From Gaiellaceae bacterium (GTDB taxonomy: Bacteria; Actinomycetota; Thermoleophilia; Gaiellales; Gaiellaceae), in NCBI GenBank assembly GCA_035296905.1, contig DATHAA010000007.1:32415-96414 (forward strand): DNA of 64,000 nucleotides. The letters are read 5' to 3'. How positions within the stretch are numbered: the stretch's first letter is position 1; each line of letters begins with the position of its first letter. Both the position numbers and the translations under genes were made by a program. Below the pieces are notes generated by a model, which did not search any database, had not been told where the DNA came from, and was given only the letters and a program-made list of their open reading frames with translations. Positions 46,363 through 53,917 of the stretch are shown in pieces.

Positions 46363-46380
46363 GGGCCGGTTTCCCGGCCC
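46363..46380. terminator. GC-rich hairpin between convergent genes (possible bidirectional terminator)
   Basis: gggccgg-tttc-ccggccc, 7-bp perfect stem. Lies between the stop at 46346 (+) and the stop at 46417 (-). No clear U-tract. Confidence 0.35.
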
Positions 46381-46416
46381 TGCGCCTTCGGCTTGGCCGC
46401 AAGCTCGTTTTCGAAG

Positions 46417-47844
46417 CTAGGGAGTGACTGCGGCGAAGGCATCGACGATGCCGTGGCCGTACAACCCGTTGTAGCCCTCGCCACCCTGGCAGGCGGTCGG
46501 GTCGGGCGGGCACGCCACCTCGGTCGCCGTCTGCTGGAGGTAGGCCTGGACGCGCCCGGGCCTCATCGCCGCGTCTCCGCTTCTCAAGTCTCCGTAGCGG
46601 CTGACGATGAGCGCGGCGACGCCGCTCGCGTGGGCCGCGGCCATCGAGGTACCCGCCATGAAGCGGTAGAACGCGGGACCCGGTGCGGCGGGATCCTGAA
46701 GCAGGCGAGGAACCTGGAGCGCTGCCGGCCACGTCGAGAGCACAAAGCCTGCGGGCGGGGCGGGAACCGCATCGCCGCCGGGAGCTGCCACGTCCGTGAA
46801 CCCGACGCCGTAGTTCGAGTAGCTCGCCTTCTCGCCCGACAGAGCGGTCGCGCTGACGGCGATGACTCCTGGGAGCTCGCTCGGCAGGCGGACGCACTCG
46901 TTGCCGAGCGGAGGATGGGCAAGGTCGATGTTCGAGTTCCCCGCCGAGGCGACGACGCTCACGCCACTCTTGAGCGCGTAGCGGACCGCGCGCTTGACCG
47001 CTTTGATGAGCGGCTGCTGCACCGCGTCGTTGTGGCAGAAGAAATCGAGGGGATCTCCGGCCGTGGTCGCGCCGACATCGATGGTGTAGCTGTTGTTCGT
47101 CACATCGATGCGGTGCGTCGCCGCCCACATGAAGCCGCAGATAACAGCGGCGGGCGTGATGAGGCCGCTCGGCTGTGCCACCTTGATGGATGCGATCTTC
47201 ACGTTGGGGGCTACGCCGACGATCCCGATCCCGTTGGAGGCCGCGGCGATCGAACCTGCGTTGTGCGTCCCATGGCCGTTGTCGTCCTGGTAGGCAGTCG
47301 GATTCGTGTCCGGGACCCCGGTCACGCAGGAGGCGCTGTCGGCGAAGTCCATGTTCTGAGCAAGATCGGGATGCGTGAAGTCGATCCCGGAGTCCAGCAG
47401 GCCGACGACAACGGCGGGGCTTCCCCCCGTGATGGCATGAGCGTCGGGTGCGTGAATCTGACGCATGTTCCACTGCAGCGACGAGAACGTGTCCGCGTCG
47501 GTCGCGGGCACGTTCGGGAGCTCTCCGTCCCACTCGGTCGAATCGTGCTCGAGCCCGAAGGTGAGACCGGAAAGCGCCGACACACCGTCGACCTTGTTGT
47601 CGCCCGCCAAACTCGCCGCGAAGCCCGCGTTGGGCGAGTCGGCGAGTGCCACTCCGATATCGTTGTACGACCGCACGAGCTGACCGCCGGCCCGCTCGAT
47701 CGCAATCGCCGCCCCCTTGGGGACGTCCTCGCTCTTGTAGACCACGAGGTAGCGCTCCGCACCAGCCGCGCTCGTGAAGGCGAGCGCAAGTGCTGCGATC
47801 AAAGCGCCTAGGCAAAGGCGCGCCACTCGTCCCGGTTGCCGCAA
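46417..47844 (-). CDS. Secreted S8 (subtilisin-family) serine peptidase with I9-like propeptide
   Basis: Signal peptide, then propeptide YLVVYKSEDVPKGAAIAIERAGGQLVRSYNDIGVA. Catalytic triad contexts are GLLDSGID, HGTHNAG and GTSMAAAHASG. TTG start preceded by GGAGGAGAGG. Confidence 0.9.
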   Translation of the reverse strand: MRQPGRVARLCLGALIAALALAFTSAAGAERYLVVYKSEDVPKGAAIAIERAGGQLVRSYNDIGVALADSPNAGFAASLAGDNKVDGVSALSGLTFGLEHDSTEWDGELPNVPATDADTFSSLQWNMRQIHAPDAHAITGGSPAVVVGLLDSGIDFTHPDLAQNMDFADSASCVTGVPDTNPTAYQDDNGHGTHNAGSIAAASNGIGIVGVAPNVKIASIKVAQPSGLITPAAVICGFMWAATHRIDVTNNSYTIDVGATTAGDPLDFFCHNDAVQQPLIKAVKRAVRYALKSGVSVVASAGNSNIDLAHPPLGNECVRLPSELPGVIAVSATALSGEKASYSNYGVGFTDVAAPGGDAVPAPPAGFVLSTWPAALQVPRLLQDPAAPGPAFYRFMAGTSMAAAHASGVAALIVSRYGDLRSGDAAMRPGRVQAYLQQTATEVACPPDPTACQGGEGYNGLYGHGIVDAFAAVTP

Positions 47845-47952
47845 AGCTAACCTCTCCTCCGCTCGGTCCTTCTCCGACGGGCACTTGCCCGCACACGCAC
47901 TTTACGGCGGACTTTAGGTCCACGCGTCCCTCAATAGAGTGAGCCGTCCCGG

Positions 47953-49266
47953 TTAGAAATTTACCCGCAAAACGACTGCTTTTCGGGTCGACGGCGTCCA
48001 CATCGTCACATAGGCCATTCGGCCCGTTAGCGCCGTCGTCCAAAGAAGAGTCTTTCGTCCGCTCACGTGCATGAGCGTTTTCGTCCGCTTGCTCCCGAAC
48101 CACTTCATCCGCAGATACGAGCCCCGCGAGCGGTGCTCGACCCAGACGATGCGCCGCGAGCTCACGGATGGGTTCGCCTCCATCCAGACGTCGGTCTGCT
48201 TGATCACGCGCCGCTTGTTCGTCGCGAGCTCGAGCACGTAGATCGACGAGCCGCCGCTGGCGATCCGGTGCCAGGCGAGACGGCCGCCGCGAAGCGCCGG
48301 CCGGCCGAGGTCGGCTGCGCTGTGCACGGAGGCAATGTTCCGTTCTTCGAGGTTCGGCTTGCTGATATCTGCGAGGACGAGGCGCTCGTGTGCACCGTCG
48401 TCGCGGATGTAGGCGAGCAGCGGGTAGTCGAGCGCCGGATGTGAATAGGGCCCGTCGAGCTCGAGCACGGGGGAGTCGTTGCGCCAGTCGATCACCTTGA
48501 TGCCCTCGTCGTCCTCGTAGGCGAGGTAGGCGCCGTCGAGCGCGGGGGCGTCCGCCGGGCTCACCGTGTCGGTCGGGTCCGGGGCGGGCGGCACCACGAC
48601 CACCTTGATCGTCCCGGAGTCCATGCGGGCGCGTGCAAACGTCTGCCCATCCGCGGCCGGGTCGAAGCCGCGGCCAAGCGAGGTGACAGCGGCGCCGGCG
48701 GCCGGAGCGAGGGCGAGCAGGACGACCGCGAGCCCGAGCACGACCGCGTTCGCGCGCGAGACGAAGGACGCGCGTCCGACGAGTCTCTCGACGGCGGCGG
48801 GGCCGCTCGGCTCTCGGTGCCGGGGCCAGACCGCCATGAACGCGCGGCCGGCTCCGTAGAGCGCGAAGCAGGCGGCGGCGGCCGCGGGGTTCCCGAGCGC
48901 GAGCGCCACGGCGCACGCGACCCAGAACGTGGCGACCGGCTGGAAGGTGAGGAAGCCGAGGCCGAGTCCCGCCCCGTAGCCGGCGCTCCACAGGGGCAGC
49001 GGCAGCTCGTACTGCCAGCGCTCCGGCACCTGCCTCCTGGACTGCGGGATCGGCATGCGGAGGATTCCCGCCTCACGCAGGGCGGCCAGGAAGGCGAGCG
49101 CAGCGGCCGCGATCAGCGCGGGCCGGGTGCCGACGAGGCTTCCCACGAAGCCGAGCGTCGCCCCGAGGGCAGCCGACGCGACGACCGCCGCGAGGGCGAA
49201 GAGAGCGATTGCGAGCCGTTGGCGGGAGCGGCTCCCGCACACGGCGGGAGTGAAGGTCTCGACCAT
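47953..49266 (-). CDS. Polytopic membrane domain fused to an extracytoplasmic beta-propeller-like repeat domain (function unknown)
   Basis: About 5-6 hydrophobic helices in residues 1-190. Five repeats follow with the pattern (G/Y)xx(L/I)A(Y/W)... (DGAYLAYEDDEGIKVID, DYPLLAYIRDDGAHERLVLADI, RGGRLAWHRIASGGSSIYVLEL, SSRRIVWVEHRSRGSYLRM, LTGRMAYVTMWTPSTRKAVVLRV). GAGGA lies upstream of the ATG. Confidence 0.7.
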   Translation of the reverse strand: MVETFTPAVCGSRSRQRLAIALFALAAVVASAALGATLGFVGSLVGTRPALIAAAALAFLAALREAGILRMPIPQSRRQVPERWQYELPLPLWSAGYGAGLGLGFLTFQPVATFWVACAVALALGNPAAAAACFALYGAGRAFMAVWPRHREPSGPAAVERLVGRASFVSRANAVVLGLAVVLLALAPAAGAAVTSLGRGFDPAADGQTFARARMDSGTIKVVVVPPAPDPTDTVSPADAPALDGAYLAYEDDEGIKVIDWRNDSPVLELDGPYSHPALDYPLLAYIRDDGAHERLVLADISKPNLEERNIASVHSAADLGRPALRGGRLAWHRIASGGSSIYVLELATNKRRVIKQTDVWMEANPSVSSRRIVWVEHRSRGSYLRMKWFGSKRTKTLMHVSGRKTLLWTTALTGRMAYVTMWTPSTRKAVVLRVNF

Positions 49267-49340
49267 GGAGAATCCTCAGGGCGACCAGGCGCCCGAGACT
49301 CCGGCGAGGAGGGCCGTTGCCGCGAGCGCGGCGGCAACGG

Positions 49341-49874
49341 CTAGCACTTGAGCCCCGAGTCGTAGTAGAGGACGCAGAACACGCGCCTCCCGTCGAAGCA
49401 GTAGCCCGTCAGAGACGCATCGCCGTTGATCCGCTTCTTGCTGTAGGAGCAGCAGTCCACGAGCTTCCGCACCTGGCCGTTGCAGCAGCGGTACCACGCG
49501 CCCTGCATGACGCCGCCGATCCTGTAGTGCTCGTTCGTCCAGTCTTCGCAAAGCCGCGTGCGCGGGGCACGCGGGAGAAAATCGCCGTCAGGCGAGCGCA
49601 GTCGGTTGCCCGAGCCGTCAACAGCCCAGCCCGCGGAGTTGACCGCCCGGCCGAGATTGTCGATCGGATGTCCGTCGCTTGGCCGGAGCGGAAAGCCGTT
49701 TTTGTCGATGCGCGGGAGGCCTAGTGGGTTCAGGCACGACCCGGTCGTCCAGATGTGCCCGCAGAAGTGAAACGCCTCGCTCTTCTCGGGACGCACCGCT
49801 GCGGCGACCGCCGCTCCTCCCGTCGCGGCGAGCACCGCCCCGCCCATGCGTCCGAGGAAGGACCTCCTGGTCAT
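49341..49874 (-). CDS. Tat-signal, Cys-rich protein resembling the methylamine/aralkylamine dehydrogenase light chain (MauA-like)
   Basis: MTRRSFLGRMGGAVLAATGGAAVAAA twin-arginine signal. The mature part has 10 Cys, including C..W...C, AWYRCC and VDCC patterns reminiscent of MauA. Located directly after a mauE-mauD-like gene. This is the tail of track ORF 49341..51080. Confidence 0.65.
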   Translation of the reverse strand: MTRRSFLGRMGGAVLAATGGAAVAAAVRPEKSEAFHFCGHIWTTGSCLNPLGLPRIDKNGFPLRPSDGHPIDNLGRAVNSAGWAVDGSGNRLRSPDGDFLPRAPRTRLCEDWTNEHYRIGGVMQGAWYRCCNGQVRKLVDCCSYSKKRINGDASLTGYCFDGRRVFCVLYYDSGLKC

Positions 49875-49926
49875 CCCCGAGGCCAGGCGGGTCGAGAGTG
49901 CCCGGGCTGCGCCGTCGAAGAGCGCG

Positions 49927-50796
49927 TCAGGCCGGCGCATGTTCCATCCTGGCGGAGCCAAGCGCGACGAGACCGTCGAGTTGCTCGAGCGAGTTGACCG
50001 TGCCCTTGGCAGCGACGACCCCCTCGACGACGTGGACGAGGAACGGCGTCCCAGGAACGCTCCAGCGCTCGAACACGGAGGGCTCCTCGTGCTCGTACAC
50101 GGTTCGCACGGGCATTCCTTCGCGCTCGAAGGCCCGAATCCCCGGCGCGATCGCGCGGCAGAGGCGGCAGTCGGCGCTGAAGAACGCGACGAGCTCGTCT
50201 CCGACTCGGCTGAGGCCCTCGAGCTCCGGGGCGACGTCTCCCAGGGGCGGGCCCTCCTCGGCGAGCTCGAGCGCGACGCCGGGCCCGAGGCGCATCGTGA
50301 GCACGCCCACCTGGCGGTAGAGCGCGAGCACGAGCGCAGCCAGCGCGAAAACGGCGAGGCCGAGGACCACGAGTGCCGCGAAGACGATCGCATCGTTCGA
50401 CGGCCGGCCGACCTCGACGTGCGCGAATGCGCCGAACGCCGCGATTCCCGTGAAGAGAACGGCGCGGCCGAGAAGAAGATCGGTGCTGCGTTCCCTGGCG
50501 CCGAAGCAGCCGCAGCGGAGCCGGCGCACCCCGCGGGCGCGGACGCTCGCCAGCGCGCCGACGAAAACGACCCCCAGGGCGACGGCCGCGACCGCAGCGG
50601 CCCGGACGCCCGCAAGAAGAAGGATGCCCGTCGCGAGCTCGATCCCCGTCCACGCGGCGAGCGCGGCGCCGCGCCAGCGCGGGGACACGCCGTACGGCGC
50701 CAGGAACGACGAGTCTCTGGACAGGAGCTTCGACACGCCCGCCCACAAGAGGGCGACCGCGACGACCAGACGGGCGATGAGGTCGAGCGACAACAA
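49927..50796 (-). CDS. MauE-like membrane protein fused to a MauD-like thioredoxin-fold domain
   Basis: N-terminal 4-TM MauE/DoxX-like part (LVVAVALLWAGVSKLL...), an extra TM helix, then a thioredoxin-like domain with FFSADCRLC (CxxC). The C-terminal KGTVNSLEQLDGLV resembles the MauD GLVNxxExLExL ending. Confidence 0.7.
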   Translation of the reverse strand: MLSLDLIARLVVAVALLWAGVSKLLSRDSSFLAPYGVSPRWRGAALAAWTGIELATGILLLAGVRAAAVAAVALGVVFVGALASVRARGVRRLRCGCFGARERSTDLLLGRAVLFTGIAAFGAFAHVEVGRPSNDAIVFAALVVLGLAVFALAALVLALYRQVGVLTMRLGPGVALELAEEGPPLGDVAPELEGLSRVGDELVAFFSADCRLCRAIAPGIRAFEREGMPVRTVYEHEEPSVFERWSVPGTPFLVHVVEGVVAAKGTVNSLEQLDGLVALGSARMEHAPA

Positions 50797-50902
50797 TGGG
50801 CGTTCGTTCGTCGGCTGGGCGTTCCGCCCTTGGTTCTCGGAGGCAGCAGGATACCGGCTAACCCGGAGGATCGGCCCCCGAAAGCGTGGCCTTGACCCCC
50901 GT

Positions 50903-51670
50903 TTAGCCCGCCCGCTCGGCGCTTCTCAGGCCGCGCAGGGCCCAAACGGAGAAGGCGACGACCAGAGCCGCCGTGACCGCGAACGCGAGCCCGGTCTCGG
51001 TCGGGGTCCCCGCCAGGAAGCCGCGTCCTGCCTCGAGCACGCGCGTGATGGGGTTGTACGTCGCGACATTGTGGATCCACCCCTGCAGCAGGGCGAGCGG
51101 GACGTAGACCGGCGCAAAGAAGAGCAGGAGGAAGACGGGCATCTGCATGACCGGGCCGGCCTGCATTGTTCGCAGGCGAAGCGCGATGCCGGCCGCCCAG
51201 AGGGTCGCCGCGAGATTGAGGCAGACGGCCAGCGTGTAGAGGGCGACGAGGTCGACAGCGCCGCCGCCGATTTGCATCCCGACGAGTAGCGCGACCGCCG
51301 TGACAACCGCGGCCGTGAGCAGCCAGCGGACGAGAGCCGCCGCTACATAGCCGAGAACGATCCCCATCCGGTACGGCGCCGAAAGGAGGAGCCTGCGCCC
51401 GAACCCGCTCTCGAAATCGCGCGCGATGCCGAAGCCCGTGAAGACCCCGCCGAAGGCCGCCGACTGCAGAAGCACGAAGACGAACTGGAAGGCGGTGTAG
51501 CCCGGCGGGTAGTCGAAGCCAGGCACCTGGTCGAGGCGCGAGAGCCCGCCCGCGAACGCGGTGAAGAAGAAGAGCGGGAAGATCAGGGACGGGATCAGAA
51601 GCGACGGGTTCGTGAACACGTTGTGGAGGACGCGCCAGGCCACTCCCTCGGCGACGGAGAGCGTCCTCAT
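50903..51670 (-). CDS. ABC-2 type exporter permease
   Basis: 6-TM ABC-2 pattern; 255 aa. ATGA overlap with the upstream permease. Confidence 0.85.
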   Translation of the reverse strand: MRTLSVAEGVAWRVLHNVFTNPSLLIPSLIFPLFFFTAFAGGLSRLDQVPGFDYPPGYTAFQFVFVLLQSAAFGGVFTGFGIARDFESGFGRRLLLSAPYRMGIVLGYVAAALVRWLLTAAVVTAVALLVGMQIGGGAVDLVALYTLAVCLNLAATLWAAGIALRLRTMQAGPVMQMPVFLLLFFAPVYVPLALLQGWIHNVATYNPITRVLEAGRGFLAGTPTETGLAFAVTAALVVAFSVWALRGLRSAERAG

Positions 51671-52446
51671 GAGCGCGTGAGCCTCGTCCGCAGGGAGAGG
51701 GTGGCGAGAGAGACCGCGACCGCAGCGATGAGCAACGCGATCCCGAACCCGAGCGCGAGCGCTTCCGAGTCCCACCCGATGACGATCAGACTGCGAATGC
51801 CTTCGATCAGGTACGAGACCGGGTTCAGGGTCGCGGCGGTCTGGAACCACTTGATCTCGATCAGGTTGCGCGGCATGGCCATGGACGAGATGAAGAGGAA
51901 GACGAAGAAAACCGGGAACATGCCTTGCACCGCCTCGCCAGAGCCGGTGCGCAGCGCAAGGAAGGCGCCGAGCGCCCCGAAGCCGAGCCCGATAAGGAGC
52001 GAGAAGACGAAGAGGACGGCGATCCCCCCGGCGCCCGCCGCGAAGTGCACACCGAGGATGAGCCCCGCTGAGATCCACACGGCGGCCTGAACCGCGGTCA
52101 TCGCCATCACGCCGCCGAGCTGGCCGGCCAGTAGCGCGACGCCACGCATGGGCGTCAGCGCGAGGCGGTTGAGGAACCCCGTCTGGATGTCGCGCGCGAG
52201 ATCCGTGCCCGCGTTCATCGTCGCAAAGAGCGCGCCTTGCATGAACGGGACGGCGAGCGCGAATGCGAGATACGAGTCGGTCGGAAACCCGGGCAGGTGC
52301 GTGGCCGACTGGAGACCGCTCGAGTTCACCGCGAGCAGGAGCAGCGGGAAGACGAGCGGGAAGACGATGTTCGCGGGCTGGCGCGCGGTGCGCACGACCG
52401 ATCGCCGCGCGAGTTGGCCCACCTGCTCGACGAAGCTCTCGCTCAC
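51667..52446 (-). CDS. ABC-2 type exporter permease
   Basis: 259 aa, paralogous to the downstream permease. GTGA overlap with the ATPase gene. Confidence 0.85.
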   Translation of the reverse strand: MSESFVEQVGQLARRSVVRTARQPANIVFPLVFPLLLLAVNSSGLQSATHLPGFPTDSYLAFALAVPFMQGALFATMNAGTDLARDIQTGFLNRLALTPMRGVALLAGQLGGVMAMTAVQAAVWISAGLILGVHFAAGAGGIAVLFVFSLLIGLGFGALGAFLALRTGSGEAVQGMFPVFFVFLFISSMAMPRNLIEIKWFQTAATLNPVSYLIEGIRSLIVIGWDSEALALGFGIALLIAAVAVSLATLSLRTRLTRS

Positions 52447-53432
52447 GCCGGCTCGAGCGCCAGCTCGGGTTCTTCTTCCTCCTCGCCCGCACCTTCGAGC
52501 GAGCGGCCGGTCTTGGCGAGGAAGACGTCGTCGAGAGACGGCTGGTGGAGCTGAAGGTTCTCCACCTTGAGGCTCTCGGCGTCGAGCGCGCGCACGATCT
52601 CCGCCAGGTCGGCCTCGCTCGTCTGGAGGCGGACCGCGACGCCCTGGATGGCAGCGCAGGGCTCGCCGAACCGCGCGAGGATCACGGCGGCGCGCTCCTC
52701 GTCCTCGGGGCTCGCGGGGACGACCTCGACGGTGGGCCGCCCGACTTCCGCCTTGAGGTGTGCTGGAGTCCCTTCGGCGACGATCCGGCCGTGGTCGATG
52801 ATCCCGACCCGGTTGGCGAGCACGTCCGCCTCTTCGAGGTACTGCGTGGTCAGGAAGACGGTGACGCCGTCGTCGGTGGCGAGGCGGCGGACCTCCTCCC
52901 AGAGCGCGCTACGGCTCTGCACGTCGAGGCCCGTGGTCGGCTCGTCGAGGAAGAGGATGCGCGGGGAGTGGACCAGGGCGAGCGCGAGGTCGAGCCGGCG
53001 CTTCATCCCGCCGGAGTAGCCGCCGACCTTGCGGTCGGCCGCCTGCGAGAGCCCGACGCGCTCGAGCAGAAGCTCGCCCCGCCGCGAGCGCTCGGAGCGC
53101 GGGATTCCCTGCAGCGTCGTCTGCAGGCGCAGGTGCTCGCGCCCCGTCAGCAGCGGGTCAAGCGCCGCCTCCTGCAGAGCCGCGCCGATCGCGGCCCTGA
53201 CCTGCGGACCCTCGCGGACAATGTCGTAGCCGGCAACGGTCGCGGTCCCCGCAGTGGGCGGCAGCAGGGTCGTGAGCATGTGCACCGTGGTCGACTTGCC
53301 CGCACCGTTCGGGCCCAGGAACCCGTAGATCTCGCCGGGGTGCACGACGAGGTCGATCCCGTCCACGGCGCGGGGCCCCTTCTTGAACTCGCGCACAAGG
53401 CCTGTCGCGACGATCCCATGCTCGTCCGCCAT
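52443..53432 (-). CDS. ABC transporter ATP-binding protein (DrrA-like)
   Basis: Walker A GPNGAGKST, signature YSGGMKRRL, Walker B ILFLDEPTTGLD, plus a C-terminal extension. Confidence 0.92.
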   Translation of the reverse strand: MADEHGIVATGLVREFKKGPRAVDGIDLVVHPGEIYGFLGPNGAGKSTTVHMLTTLLPPTAGTATVAGYDIVREGPQVRAAIGAALQEAALDPLLTGREHLRLQTTLQGIPRSERSRRGELLLERVGLSQAADRKVGGYSGGMKRRLDLALALVHSPRILFLDEPTTGLDVQSRSALWEEVRRLATDDGVTVFLTTQYLEEADVLANRVGIIDHGRIVAEGTPAHLKAEVGRPTVEVVPASPEDEERAAVILARFGEPCAAIQGVAVRLQTSEADLAEIVRALDAESLKVENLQLHQPSLDDVFLAKTGRSLEGAGEEEEEPELALEPA

Positions 53433-53449
53433 GGTTATAGGCTAGTCGT

Positions 53450-53917
53450 GTGAGCACTCCGACGGTCTCCCGCGGGGCGGAGCTCGACACCTGGGTCAGC
53501 TTCCTACGAACGCACTCCGCGATCGTCGGGAAGCTGAACACCGAGCTCGTGGCGGACCACGGGCTGACGATCAACGACTTCGAGGTCCTGCTCCACCTCT
53601 CGTGGGCACCCGAGCAGGCCATGCGGCGAGTGGACCTCGCCTCGAGCGTCCTCCTGACTCCCTCCGGGATTACACGCCTCCTCGACGGGCTCGAGCGCTC
53701 GGGCTTTGTCGCGCGCGAAGCGTGCGCGACCGACCGGCGCGTCGTCTACGCGAAGCTGACCCCGGCCGGGAACGAGAAGCTCCGGGCCGCGCGCACGACG
53801 CACCTCGCCGGCGTGCACCGGCTCTTCGTGGAGCGCTTCAGCGCGGACGAGCTCGCGAGCCTCGCCAGTCTCCTCGAGCGCCTTCCCGGCGCGAACGGCG
53901 ACAGCGCGGACTGCTAG
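53450..53917 (+). CDS. MarR-family transcriptional regulator
   Basis: LTINDFEVLLHLS..., ..ACATDRRVVYAKLTPAG (winged helix). Divergent from the ABC-2 operon. Confidence 0.88.
   Translation: MSTPTVSRGAELDTWVSFLRTHSAIVGKLNTELVADHGLTINDFEVLLHLSWAPEQAMRRVDLASSVLLTPSGITRLLDGLERSGFVAREACATDRRVVYAKLTPAGNEKLRAARTTHLAGVHRLFVERFSADELASLASLLERLPGANGDSADC

Noticed and set aside
49875-49940. A longer start (ATG at 49940, MRRPDALFDGAARAL...) for the MauA-like protein
   Set aside because: It would overlap the end of the MauE/D gene and place 22 non-signal-like residues before the twin-arginine motif. MTRRSFLGRMGG at 49874 gives a canonical Tat signal. The upstream ATG cannot be fully excluded.
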